Positions 40,801 to 54,800 of a DNA stretch of 64,000 bases are shown piece after piece. Source of the stretch: the human T2T-CHM13v2.0 reference genome, Homo sapiens; the NCBI RefSeq assembly GCF_009914755.1, contig NC_060932.1. One strand, written 5' to 3'. The notes beneath the pieces were generated by a model. That model made no database searches and had not been told where the DNA came from. It saw only the letters and a list, made by a program, of their open reading frames with translations. How positions within the stretch are numbered: the stretch's first letter is position 1; each line of letters starts with the position of its first letter. The position numbers and the translations under genes were made by a program.

Positions 40801-43800
40801 TTCCATAAGTTCACAGATTCTCTTCCTGCACCCTGTGGCTGCTGCTGATAGGTGAAGGAGGGATAGCATCGAGAATTTAAGACTGTTTTTTCTACCCTCT
40901 TCAGTGCCTCTTTTTTATATAAAAGTTAAAACGAGGTACTGTAATTGCTCACTTGATCTTTGGTCCTTATGACCGTGCTTTTTTATGAGGATAGTTGTTC
41001 AATTTGGTGTTCCTGTGAGGAGGATAATTAATGGAGGCTTCTCTTCCACCATCTTCTTATTCTTCCTCGCTGGAAATGATTGCTTTTTTGGTAGTGTTAT
41101 ATCTCCTTGGTTTTTCATGATTATGCTTACCTTCTGTTGATGTCTGTGCATGTAGGAAGTAGGGACTTATTCCAGTCTGTTTAGATTGTCTTTGTTTGGA
41201 AAATGTCTTCACCAGTCAGCCCATGTGGTGATTCTGGGCAAGCTGTTTGCATGGTTGGTAGGTGGGCTTGTTGTTGGAATTCTTGGGGAGACTGAACCAG
41301 TGCCTGGGTCAGCAGGTGTGTGTCCCTGGCCCCTGGGTTTGTTGGGTTAGTCTTTGATCCTGGAGCCTCTGTTGTGGGCCGATTCATTTGGTCTGCAGGC
41401 TTTGTCCTCAAATCTCTTTCTTTGGGAACTGACCTTAAACTTGGGTCCACAGAGGCTGACCTGGCATTGAAGTTGGCCTTGAGCCTGTGTCAGGAGGGGC
41501 TGGCTAGGTGTTGGTATGGTGTTAGTGCACAGGTGCACTGGGATGGACCCAGAGTCCATGGGACCTGACCTGGTGCTTGGTTGGTCCTGGGGCCCGAGTC
41601 TTTTAGGGTGGAACTTGTTCTTGTGTCCGCAAGAGTGGATTTGGAGACTTTTTCCATGTGGTTTGGCTTGGCACTGGGTTCTACTGTCACACTATTGATC
41701 TGTTGGTCTGCTGGAGTGTGGCTTTGTAAGGGCTGGCCTGGAGGGTGGGCCTCAGGGACCAGCATGGCATTGGGTATGCCTAGAATCTGTTTTTGCAGGT
41801 TCTGATCTTTGCCTTAGACCAGGATGCTAACATGTTGCTGTGTTGGGCTGATGCTTGCAGTAGTACGGGCCTCTGTTTTACTGAGCTGGTCTGAAACCTG
41901 AAGGAAGCCTGGAGGCTAGGGCTACAGGGGCTGGTCTTCTGCTGAGTGGGCCTGGAACTTGTATCTTCTGGTGCCATCCTGGAGGCTGGGTCTTTGTGTG
42001 ATGGCTTGATGACTAGGGCTTTAGGCACTTGTGCTGTGCTGGGACATGCCTTGTAACCTGGGACTATGTGAGCCAGTATAATAATGGGAGTATTCAGTAG
42101 CCCAGGATGGCTGGGGCTATCCTGGCTCTGTAATATGCCTGGAGGTTCCATATAGACCTTGTCTACTGGGCAGGCCTGGAACCTAGAGCTGTGGGATCTC
42201 ACTTGATGCCAGGGTGGGCTTGGAGGCTTGGTCTGCAGATACCAGCCTGGATCCTGGGCTACGGGGGCTGGTTTGGTGCTAGGTGTGCCTGGAGCCTATA
42301 TCCACAGAGGCTTGTCTGGAGGCTGGTTCTGAGGGTGCTAGCCTGATGATTGAACTGCAGGGCCTGGCCTGATACTGGGTTGTGCCTGAAGCCTGAGGTC
42401 AGGGAAGCCAGCCTGGCACTGAGGGCATTGTAGAAGTCTGGAGTCATCCTGGAGATTGGGCAGGCCCAAAGACCAAGTCTGATGGTCAGGCATGGAGCCT
42501 GGGGATGTGGGATTTGTTTTGGCACTGGAGTGGGCCTGGAGGCTCAGTCTGTGCATACAACCCTGATGTCTGAGACTGTGGGGGTCTGCCTAGCACCTCA
42601 TTTTATTGGTGAAACAGTAAACAATTGCCTGATATTGGAGTTCAAGGCAGAGTTGAGTGTTCTGTTCTCTCTTTTTCCCCCTAGCGATGAGTATCTCTGT
42701 TTATGCTGTGTTGTCTGTGGTTGGGGAGGGATGAACAGGAAATGTTAAACTGTCCTTTTTACCCTGTTCAGTGCGTCTTTTATTTTTTTGCTACACTTAG
42801 TTGCTATAATCTCCCACCTGGTTTCCTTAGGTCTCATGAAGGTGTTTTCACATATGAGTAGTTGTTCAAATTGATGTTTCTGCTGAGGGACAAATGTTGG
42901 AAAGTCCTTTTCCCTCAACTTGCTTATGTCAGTCTCCATTGATTTTTTTCATAAAACCAGCATTTGGTTTCATTGATTTCTGCTCTAATCTCTTGTATTT
43001 CTTTTCTTCTGCTTTCTTTGAGTTTAATTTTCTATTTTCTTAAGTTTTTGAGACACATTTTATTTTTAATATGAGCATTTATTTCTTTGTCTAGGTCTCT
43101 TTTTCCATATGATACTTCCAAGGAGTATCATACTCTTTCTGTTTCAAGAACTTCTTTTAAGTTCCATGCAGTGAAGGTCTACTGCCAATGAATTTCTTCA
43201 ATATGTGTCCATCTGGAAAAGTTTTTATTTTTAAATTTTATTTATTTTTATAATTTTTATTTACTTATTTATATTTTTTAAAGCCTAATTTTACTGTGTA
43301 TGAGATCCTGGGTTGACAGTTTTTTTTTGTTTGTTTGTTTGTTTTTCTCTCAATTTATAGACATCACTCCAAAGCTTTCCAGCTTGCATGGTTTCTCAAG
43401 AGTAATCTTCTCTAATTCTTATTGGGTTTCACTATACAATGTGTATTTTCTTTGGCCACTTTCAAAGGTTTTTCTTTATCTTTGGGTTTTAGCAGTTTGA
43501 CTATGAAGGCAGACTAGGGGCATGTGTTTATATTTGGTAGTTGATTTGACATTTGTGCTTCCAGGGATTCTCTGAGGTTCTTGTGTTTAATTTGTTGTCT
43601 CTCATTAGTTTTGGAAAATTTTTGGTCATAATCCCTTCAAATATTTCCTTCATTTCCATTTTTTTTCTGTGAACAATTACACATATGGTAGGTTGGGTTA
43701 ACTCTTGGATGCACTGTTGTTTTATATTCCCCACCTATTTTTCTTTTTCTTTTAGTTTGGATAATTTTTATTGACTAATTTTTAAGTTTATTTATATTTG

Positions 43801-44178
43801 CCTCAGCACTTTCAAATCTACTCAAGAGCCCCCAAAATGAAGGAATTCTTCATTTTTAATAGCATGTAAGTTTTCTTCCATTTGACTGGAGTGCCTATCT
43901 AGTGTTTTTTCTCTCTTTGGATTCTTTTTAATCACTCTGATTGAGACTGTGTCTCAGTGATTTGAAGTTCATAGGTCTTGGCTTCACTGTGTAAGTCAAA
44001 TTAGCTTTCTGTATTTCTGAAGTTAAATGGTAGAAAAATAATATTGTAAATATTTTAGAGCATATGATTGAAAATGTACTCCAAATGGAAGATAGAAATT
44101 TAGAAATATAATTTCAATAAATATTTCCATAAACATATTATATTAATTGGTTATTTAATATGTATATTAGAAGGTAGA

Positions 44179-44480
44179 GACTGGGTATGGTGGCTCAGGT
44201 CTGTAATCATAGCACTTCAGGAAGCCGAGGCAGGCGAATCCCTTGAGGTCAGGAGTTCGAGACCGGCCTGGCCATGGCGAAACTGCATCTCTACTAAAAA
44301 TATAAAAATTAGCTGGCGTGGTGGTGTGTGCCTGTAGTCCTAGCTATTCAGGAGGCTGAGGTGGGAGAATTGCTAGACCCTGGGAGGCAGAGGTTGCAGC
44401 GAGCCAAGATCGCGTCACTGCACTTTAGCCTGGGTAACAGAGCGAGACTTCGTCTCAAAAAAAAAAAAAAAAAAAAAAAA
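44179..44480 (+). mobile_element. Alu (AluS-like) with long pure poly(A)
   Basis: TSD agaaggtaga at 44169-44178 and 44480-44489. Confidence 0.95.
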
Positions 44481-44680
44481 GAAGGTAGAACTAGTTGCAA
44501 TACTTTTACAAATAATGTGCCATGAAAAGTGTTAATTTATCATCAGAAAATTAAATTTTCATTCTTTTTATTCTCATCTTGTATTTTTTTGGTTATAAAA
44601 CTGTGTCTATAAATTGTGATAATTTTTCCTTTAGAGATCATCAGGAAACCAACTTTTTTTCTTATCTATTTTCTCTGCAG

Positions 44681-44891
44681 AAAACTGCATCAGCAGTTTG
44701 AAATGTATAAAGAGCAGGTAAAGAAGATGGGAGAAGAATCACAGCAACAGCAAGAACAGAAGGGTGATGCGCCAACCTGTGGTATCTGCCACAAAACAAA
44801 GTTTGCTGATGGATGTGGCCATAACTGTTCATATTGCCAAACAAAGTTCTGTGCTCGTTGTGGAGGTCGAGTGTCATTACGCTCAAACAAG
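44681..44891 (+). CDS. RIMS2: RIMS2 exon (211 nt, phase 2-0): Rab-binding helix end and FYVE-type zinc finger
   Basis: Pyrimidine tract with ctgcAG acceptor, and AAG/GTACAG donor. Encodes KLHQQFEMYKEQVKKMGEESQQQQEQKGDAPTCGICHKTKFADGCGHNCSYCQTKFCARCGGRVSLRSNK with three CxxC pairs, as in RIM2. Confidence 0.97.
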
Positions 44892-45021
44892 GTACAGAAA
44901 TGAAAATTACAGTTCTCTTCTAGTTAAGCTTATTGTGTTTATCTATTCACGTTAGAGAGTATGTTAATTCAACCCAAATAATATTTTGTTGAAATTAGCA
45001 AAAACATTTTAAAATGCTTGT

Positions 45022-45578
45022 GGCCAGACACGATGGCTCACGCCTGTAATCTTAGCCCTTTGGTAGGCCAAGGCGGGCGGATCACTTTAGCCCAGGAGTT
45101 CTAGACTATCTTGGGCAACATGGTGAAACCCTGTCTCTACGAAAAAAAAAAAAACAAAAAAAACCCACAAAAATTAGCCAGGCATGGTGGCGGGCCCCTA
45201 TAGTCCTAGCTACTCAGGAGGCAGAGGTGGGAGGATGACCTAAGCTGGAGAAGTCAAGGCTGTGGTGAGCCATGATTGTGCCACTGCACTCCAGCCTGGG
45301 TGACAGAGTGAAACCTTGTCTCAAAAAAGAAAAAGTTTGGGCAGGGTGCGGTGGCTCAAACCTGTAATCCCAGCACTTTAGGAGGCTGAGGTGGGCGGAT
45401 CACAAGGTCAGGAGTTCGAGACCAGCCTGGCCAATATGGTGAAACCCCATGTCTACTAAAAATACAAGAGTTAGCTGGGCATGGTGGTGTGTGCCTGTAG
45501 TCCCAGCTACTCAAGAGGCTGAGGCAGGAGAACTGCAGTTCAGCCTGGGCAACAGAGACTCTGTCTCAAAAGAAAAAA
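45022..45578 (+). mobile_element. Two tandem Alus (AluJ-like 45022-45335; AluS-like with right-arm deletion 45339-45578)
   Basis: Two consecutive Alu heads and A tails. Confidence 0.92.
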
Positions 45579-45829
45579 ATTTGTGTCAGTAAATTCTTTA
45601 GACTTTGCATTTATCTACTTACTAATCTTATCACCTACTTATTTATTTCAGTAGTTTTTAAATAGGAAGCTATTTTTTTACATACATTACTTAGACATAA
45701 TGGTGGAAATTCGTTTCCCTATGTGATTTCATTTCTTCATTTTCTTGTTAATCCCCATTTTTCATTATTTTGTTTTGCTAAGAACTAACCACTTATAATT
45801 GTTTCCCCTGGATTACCTGATTATGATTT

Positions 45830-48800
45830 TTTTTCTTGACTAGGTACATTGGCTAGAAACTGCAGTATAATTTTGAATAAAGTGGATGAAAGCAGACGTT
45901 CCATTGTATTGTTCTTAATCTTAGGGAGAAAGCCTTTAGTCTTCACTATTAGGTATAAAGTTAGCTGTACGCTTTTCACAGATGCCATCTATTCCTACTT
46001 TGCTGAGTTTGTTGTTGTTGTTTGGTTGGTTTTTTAAGATCAGGAATAGATGTTGGATTTTGCCAAATGTGTTTTCTCTATCTGTTGAGATTAATCATAT
46101 GTTTTTTATTTTGTTTTTTAATGTGGTGAAATACATTGGTTGATTTTTATATGTTAAATCAGCTTTGTATTACTGGGATAAACCTCATTTTGTCATGATG
46201 GATTATCTCTTTTATATATTAATGGATTTGATTTGATCATTTTTTTGGGGGATGAGTGTCTTGCTATGTTGCCTAGGCTGGACTTGAACTCCTGGGCTCA
46301 AGTGTTCCTCCTGCCTCAGCCTCCCAAGTAGCTGGGACGACAGACACATGCCATGGTGCCTGTCTGATTTAATAAAATTTTGTTTACAACTTTTGCTTCT
46401 ATATTCATGAGGCATGTGTCTGTATTTTTCTTCCTTGTAATGTTTTTCTTTGGTTTTGGTATTGGGATAATGCTGGCCTGATAAAATGTGTTGGGAAGTA
46501 TTTCCTCCTCTTCAACATTTTGGAAGAGATTGTGTAGAACTGGTAGATTACACCAGTGAAGCCATGTGGGCATGCAATTTTATTTGTTGGGAAGGTTTTT
46601 AAGTAAGGTTTGTTTTCTTAATGGATATAGGGTTATTCAGGTTATCTTTCTTGAATAAGGTTTCATTGTTATATCTTAGTTTGTCTAGTTCCTCATAAAT
46701 AGCTGAATTTATTGGCCTAAACTTGTTCATAGTATTCCATTATTAGTCTTTTAGTATCCATGGAATCTGCATTGATGCTACCTCTTTCATTCCTGATATT
46801 GGTAATTTGTATCTTTTTTGTTCCTGCTCAACCTGGCTAGAGAAAGGATCTTACTCTGTTGCCCAGGCTGGATTGTAGTGGCACAGCCACAGCTCACTGC
46901 AGTCTTGACCCCCTGGGCTCAGGTAATCTTGTCACTTTGGCCTCCCGAGTAGCAGGAACTATGAGTGTGTGCCACCATGCCCTGCTAATTTTTAAAATTA
47001 TTTTTGTAGAGATGGGGTCTTGCTGTGTTGCCCAGGCTGATCTTGAGCTTCTGGCCTCAAGCAGTTCTCCCACCTTGGCTTCCCAAAGTGCTGGGACTAC
47101 AGGTGTGAGCCACCACGTCTGGCCCAGATTTTTTGTTTTATTGATTTTTCTTTGTTGTTGATTTCTGCTTTGATCTTTTTTTCTTTTTTCGTTTCTTTTC
47201 TTGTCTTTTCTTTTTCTGCTTACTTTGGGTTTAATTTTATCTTTTTTACTTTCTTAAAATAGAAGCTGAGATCATTGCCTTGAAACTTTTCTTCTTTTGT
47301 AAATTAGGGGTCACATGCTATAAATGTTCCCTAAGTACTACTTTACTGGCATCACCACAATTCTCATGTGTTGTTTCTTCATTTTATTAAGTTAAAAATA
47401 CTTTCTCATTTTCCTTTTCTTCTTTGACATAGATAATTTAGAAGTATGTTATTTATTTTTCAAATATTGTGGGGTTCCTAGGGATCTTTTTGTTAATGAT
47501 TTCTAATTTACCTCTCTCGTGGTTTTAGAATATACTTTATATGCCTCAAATTCTTTGGAATTTGTTGATACTTATTTTATGGCCCAGAATATGGTTACTT
47601 TGGTAAACCATGTGCACTTAAGAAGCATGCATATTCTTCTGTTTTTGGCCAGAATATTTTAAAATGCCCACTCAAGGCCAGTTTCGTTGATAGAGTCATT
47701 TAAATCTGTTATCTCACTGTTGATTTCCTGCCTATTCTATCATTTGTTAAGAGAGGGGTTTTGAAATATATAATAATATGTGGATTTGTCTATTTCTCCT
47801 TGGAGTTCTATTAGTTATAGTTTTATGTATTTTTAGCCTCTGTTTTTAGGGACATAAACATTAGGATTGTTATATCCTCTAGTTTAACAGGCCTCTTTAT
47901 CATTATTAAGTGATATTCTTTATTTTTGGTAATATTCTTTGCTCTAAAATTCACTTGGTCTAATACATGTATATAGACCAAGTACTCTCTCTTTCTCTCT
48001 GTCTCTCTGTCTCTCTCTCTATCTAGATGTATATTTGGAAATGGAATTGCATATATGTATTGGGTTAGGTATTAACATAGTATATGTTCTTCTATTATTT
48101 TACTTAAAATTTATTTGTTTGAAGTACTTTTCTTATAGCCAGCATATAGTTGGATCTTGCTTTATTATTCAACCTGACAGTCTCTTCCTTTTAATTGGAT
48201 GTTTATAAAATTTACGTTTACTGTGATTATTGATATGGTTTCATTTGATTACATCACCTTGCTTTTTTGATTTTGTCTTATGTCATCTGTTCTTTGTTTT
48301 TTCAATTTTAGCCTTTTTTGAGATTACTGAAGTATTTTTATGATTCATATTTTCTCCTTTGTTGGCTCAATAGCTGTAACTGTTTTGTTATTTTATCAAG
48401 TTATTCAAGATTTGTAGAATACATATTTAAATTATTGTTGTCAACCTTCAACTGATATTACACTATTTCATGTGTATTATAAGAAGCTCACAGAAATGTT
48501 GGATTCTATGTTACTGGTGTCATATTTTACTTTTATTCATTTTATAAACCCCACAATATATTGTTATTCTTTTTGTATAAAGAGTTTATCTTCCATGAGT
48601 TTCAAATATTAAATAATTTTTGAAAAGATCTATATTTATTCTTGTAGTTATTTCTGGCATTATTTATTTCTTTTTGTAGATCTATAATTATATCTGGTAT
48701 CACATTTTGTCTGTCTTAAGTATTTCCTTCAGTATTTCTTGAAGGGCAAGTCTGCTGCTGATGAATAGTTTCAATTTTTTCATGCTGAAAATTTTGCCTT

Positions 48801-48869
48801 CATTTTTTAAAAAGATATTTTTGCTGATTGTGGAATTCTTGGTTAACACTTTTTGTATTTCAGTATTTT
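45830..48869 (-). mobile_element. Old L1M ORF2 region, host of Alu copies at about 46240-46363 and 46845-47124 (both minus) and a (CT)n tract at about 47985-48020
   Basis: Minus-strand ORF2 peptide LFQNVEEEEILPNTFYQASIIPIPKPKKNITRK. The element continues at about 56213-57400. Confidence 0.75.
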
Positions 48870-51800
48870 TAAATTAAAAATTTATGGATACATAATATTT
48901 AATAGTCGTACATATTAATGTGGTATATGTGATAATGATAACAACTGTACAATGTGTAATGATTAAATCTGGATAATTGGGATATCCGTCACAGTAAACA
49001 CTGACCATTTCTTTGTGTTGGGAACATCCCAAATCTTTTCTCCCAGCTATTTTGAAATATACAGTGAATTACTGATAACCATAGTCTCTTTCTTGTTGTA
49101 ACTGAGCACTGAACTTCTTTTTTCTATCTAACTATATTTTTGTACCCATTAACCAACCACTCTTTATTCCCGCTTCCTCCTACCCTTCCCAGCCTCCAGT
49201 AATTACCATTCTATTTACTACCTGCATGAGATCAAATTTTTTTTTTATTTGCTCCCACATGTGAATGAGAACATGTGGTATTTGTCTTTCCGGGCCTGGC
49301 TTATTTTACTTAACATAATGACGTCCAATTCCATCCATGTCACTGCAAATGACAGAATTTTATTCTTTTTTAGGGCCGAATAATATTCCATTGTGTATAT
49401 ATACAACATTTTAGAATCCTTTCATCTGTTGATGGTCATTTAGGGTGATTTCATATTTTGGCTATTGTGAATAGGCTTCAATAAACAGAGTAATACAGGT
49501 ATCTCTTCAGTATGTTTATTTCCTTTCTTTTGGGTACATACGTGGTAGTGGAATTGTTGGATCATATGGTGGTTCTATTTTTAGGTTTTTTATTGAGGAA
49601 CCTCTATACTCTTCTCCATAGTGGCTATACTAATTTACATTCCTACCAACAGTATACAAGTGTTCACCTTTCTCTGCATCCTTGTTAACATTTGTTATTT
49701 TCTTTTTCATAATTGTGATTTTGATGAGGGTGAGATGACATCACATTGTGGCTTTAATTTGCATTTTTCTGATAATTAGTAATGGTGATCATTTTTTCAT
49801 ATACCTGTTGGATATTTGTTTGTATTCTTTTGAGAAATGTCTATTTATATCTTTTGTCCATTTTTAAATCTGATTATTTTTTATTTTGCTATTGAGTTGT
49901 TTGAGTTTTTTGTATATTCCAGTTATTAATCCCTTATTGGATAGATAATTTGTAAATATTTTCTTTCATTGTGAGGGCTGTCTCTTCACTCTGTTGATTG
50001 TTTCTTTTGCTGAGCATGATCTTTTAGCTTGATGTAATTTCATTTGTCAATATTTGCTTTTGTTGTCTGTTTTTGAGGTCTTATTCAATAAATATTTGCC
50101 TAGACCATGTTTACTTCTTTTTGTAGTAGTAGTGCCACAGTTTCAGGTCTTAGATTTAAGTCTTTCTTTTGATTTGATTTTTATATACAGTGACAGAGTT
50201 CTAGTTTCATTCTGCTAATGGATATTTAATTTTCTCAGAACCATTTGTTTAAGAGACAGTCCTTTACCTGGTGGATATACTTGGTGCCTTTGTTGAACAT
50301 GACTTAGCTGTAGATGCATTGATTTATTTCTGAATTCTCTGTTCTTTTCCCTGGGTCTATGTCTGTTTTTATGCTAGTACTATGCTGTTTTGGTTACTCT
50401 AGCTTTATAGCATATTTTGAGGTCAGGCGATGTAATTCCTCCAGCTGTTTTTTTTTTTTTTTTTTTGTATTTTGGCTAAGAATTGCTTTGGCTATCTAGC
50501 ATCTTTTTGGTTGCATTAGAATTTTAGGACTTCTTTTTTCTGTTTCGTGAGGAATGTTGTTGGGTGTTTTTGTGAGTTTGTTTTTTTTTTTTTTGAGACA
50601 AGATCTCAGTTTGTCACCCAGGCTGGAGTGCATTGGAGCCGTCATGGCTCACTTCAGCCTTGATCCACTGAGCTCAAATGATCCTCCTGCCTTGGCCTTT
50701 TGAGTATCTGGGACTATGATATGCATCACCATACCTGGCTAATTTTTTGATTTTTTTTGTAGAGATGAGATCTCACTATGTTGTCCTGGCTGGTTTCACT
50801 CTCACACTTCCGTCATTGTTTTTGTTTGTTTGTTTGTTTGTTTTGTTTTTAAGACAAAGTCTTCCTCTTTTGCCCAGGCTGGAGTGCAGTGGCACAATCG
50901 TGGCTCACTGCAGCCTCTACCTCGCAGATTCACATGATTCTCCTGCCTCAGCCTTCTGAGTAGCTGGGATTACAGTCGTACACCACCATACCCAGCTAAT
51001 TTTTGTATTCATAGTAGAGACAGGGTTTCGCCATATTGGTTAGGCTGGTCTCGAACTCCTGACCTCAAGTGATCCACCCATTCAGACTCCCAAAGTGCTG
51101 GAATTATAGATATGAGCCACCACGCCTGGACTTCATTGGTATTTTATGTATAGCATTGAATCTATAGATTGCTTTTGGTAGTTTCAACATTTTAACAGTA
51201 GCAATTCTTTCAATCCATGATAATAGGATACTTTTCCTTTTTTTTGGTATTTAATTTATTTCATCAGTGTCTTATAGTTTTCATGGTAGAGATCTTTCTC
51301 TTCTTTAGTTAAGTTTATTCCTAGGTATTTTATTTTATTTTTGTAGCTACTATAAATGGGATTGCTTGTTTGATTTTGTTTTCAGATTGCTGCTGGCGTA
51401 GAGAAATGCTACTGATTTTTGTATGTTGATTTTGTATCCTGTAACTTTACTGAATTTGTTTATGAGTGCTAAGAGATTTTGGTGTCATCTTTACGGTTTT
51501 AACATAAGACTGTGTTATCTGTGTAAAAGTCTAATTTGACTTCTTCCTTTCCAATATTAATGCCTTTTGTCTATTTCTGTTGCCTAATTGCTTTTGCTAG
51601 AATTTCCAATACTATATTGAATAAAAGCGGTGAAAGTGGGTATCCTAGACTTGTTCCAGATCTTAGAGGAAAGACTTTTAATTCTTTCCCTTCCATATGG
51701 TGCTAGCTGTAGGTTTGTCAAATATGGCCTTTTTTATTTTCAGGCATGTTTCTTTTATATCTAGTATGTTCAGATTTAAAAATCATTATTAAATGCTTTT

Positions 51801-54800
51801 ATTGGAATGTACTAACATGGCTGTATGGTTTTGGTCTTTATTTCTATTATTGTGGTGTGTCACATTTATTGAATTGTGAATGTTGAACCATCTTTGCATT
51901 CCTGGGATGATTGTGGTGATTGATCTTTATAATGTTTTATTCAGTTCAGTTTGCTAGAATGTTTTTGAAGATTTTTGCATCTATGTTCGTTCATCAGAGA
52001 TAATGGCCTCTAGTCGTCATTGTTGTTGTTTCTGTGTCTTTGCTTGTTTTCATTCTCAGGTTAATACTAGCCTCATAGAATGAGTTTGGAAGTAGTCTCT
52101 CCTCTTCAAAACTTGTTGGCAGAGTTTGAGTAGGATTGGTATTAATTCTTCTTTTAAATATTTGATAGAATTCAGCAGTGACTCCATCATGTCTTGGGCT
52201 TTTGTTTGATGACAGACTTTTTATTATGGCTTCAATCTTTTTACTTATATTGGTCTGTTTAGGTTTTCCATTTAATCATGATCCAATCTTGGTAGGTTGT
52301 ATGTGTCTAGAAATGTATCCATTTCTTGTGTATTTTTCAATTTTTTTGCATATATTTGTTCACAGTAGTCTCTAATGATCCTTTGTATTTTCATGGTATC
52401 AGTTTTAATGTCTTCTTTTTTATCTCTGATTTTATTTATTTTGGACTCTTCTTAGTTTCCTAGTGAGAGGTTTGTTAATTTTGTTTACATTTTCAAAAAG
52501 CCAACTTTTCCTTTCATTTTTCTTTTGTGTTTTTTGACTCAATTTTAGTTATTCCTGCTTTTTTATTATATTTTTTCTTTTATTAATATTGGGCTTGATT
52601 TATTCTTGCTTTTCTAGTTCTTTAACATGCATTATTTGGTTGTTTATTTGAAGTCTTCCTACTTTTTTGACTTAGCCATTTATTGATGTAAACTTCCCTC
52701 TGCTTTACTGGATCCCACTGATTTTAGTAATTTAGTATTTCCATTTAAATTTGTTCCAAGACAATTTTTAAATTTTCTTCTTAATTTCTTCATTGACTTA
52801 TTGGTTATTCACAAGCATGTTGTTTTATTTCCATGTATATGTACAGTTTTCAACATTCCTCTTTTTACTGATTTTGAATTTGTTCCTTATGGTCAGAAAA
52901 GATACCTGATATGATTTTTACTTTTAAAATTTCACTATGACTTGTTTTCTGGCCTAAGATATGATCTGTTTTGGAGAATGTTATATGTGCTAATGAAAAG
53001 AATGTATAGTTTGTCACAGTTGGATGAAATATTTTGTAAATGTCAGTTAGGTCCATTTGGTCTAGAGTTTAGTTTAATTCTGATTTTTTGTTGTTGTTGC
53101 TTTTTCTGCCTGCGTGCTGTGTTCATTACTAAGAGCGGGGTGTTGATATTCACCAATGTTATCGTATTGCAATCTCTCTCTTCTTTTAGATGTAATAATA
53201 TTTTCCCTATATATTTGGGTTCTATGACATTGGTTGCATATAGATTTACAGTTTTTATATCTCTTGAATTGACCCCTGTATCATTAAATAATGCCATTTT
53301 TACAGTTTTTTACTTGAAATCTAATAGCTTCTGCTGATCTGTTTTGTTTTCTACTTACATGGAATATCTTTTCCATGCATGTATGTCTTTAAGCAAGTGA
53401 GTTTCTTCTAGGCAGCATATATTTGGATCTTTTTTTTTTTTTAAATTCATTTCACTCCTCTGTCTTTCAAGTGGGGGATTTAGGCAATTTACATTCGATA
53501 GTATTATTGATCAGTAACCACTTACTACTACCATTTTAAAATTCGTTTTCTAGTTGCTTTGTAAGTTCCTTCTTCCTTCTTTCCTACTGTCTTCTTTTGT
53601 GGATAAGTCATTTTTTTTTCCTGGTATTATATTTTAATTCCTTGCTTTTTATTTTTAGTGGACCTATTATAGGTATTTCTTCGTCGTTTCTATTAGCTTA
53701 CAAAATATATTTTATAGTTATAGAAAGTTATTTTAAACTGATGACAACTTCCCGTGGATTTCAAAGAAAAGAATCAAGCAAGCAAAGTGAAAACTACACT
53801 TTAGCTTCATTTCCCCATTTAGTTTTTGTTATCTCACATTTTATCTTTTAAATATGCCTTTCTTTCAACAGATTGTTGTAGTTATTACTTTTGGTAAACT
53901 TTTAGTCTTCATACTAAAGACACTACATGCCACAATTACAGTTTTAGTGTAGTCTGAATTTGTCTGTGTAGTTACTTATACCAGTGAGTTTTATACCTTC
54001 ACAGGATTTTTTTGGATGATTGTTTCTTTTTTTTAAAAAAAAATTGATTAACTCCCTTTTGCATTTCTTGTAAAATAGGTCTAGTGGTAATGAATTCCCT
54101 CAGGTTTTGTTTGTTTGAAAACTTTTCTCCTTCATGTTTGAAGGATTGCTGTGTTGAGTACAGAGTTCTCTGTTGCAAATTTTTCCTCCAGCACTTTGAA
54201 TATGTCACCTCACTTCCTCTTGGCTGCTACATCTGCTGCTACGTCTGCAGCCAGGTGTATTGGAGTTTCTTTATATGTTATTTGCTTCTTTTCTCTTGCT
54301 GTTTTTAAGATCCTTTCTTTGTCCTTGATGTTTGAAAGTTTGATTATTATATGTCTTGGAGTAGTCTTATTTGAGTTGAATCTGCTGGTATTCTTTGACC
54401 TTCTTGTACCTGTATATCCATCTTTCTCTAGGTTTGGAAAGTTCTCTTATTATTTCTTTAAATACATTTTTTACCCAATCTCTTTGTCAGCCTCCTCTAC
54501 AAGGCCAATAACTCATATATTTTTCCCTTGTAGCCTGTTTTCTAGATCATGTAAGTGTACTTCATTTCTTTCATTTATTTTCTTTTTTATCCTATGCGAA
54601 TTTTCAAATAGCCTGTCTTCGAGTTACTGATTCTTCTCCTTCATCAATTCCACACGGAGACATTCTAATGCATTTCTTTTAATCATTGATGTTTCCAGCT
54701 CCAGGATTTGTTTAATTAGTTCAGTTTCCATGCTGCCTTTTTTTCTGATAAATATCTGAATTCCTTCTCTGTGATTTCTTGAAGTTCATTGAGTATCCCC

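Noticed and set aside
44616-44903. 95-aa ORF as a standalone gene
   Set aside because: It is the RIMS2 exon plus intronic read-through. The coding part is bounded by splice sites at 44681 and 44891.
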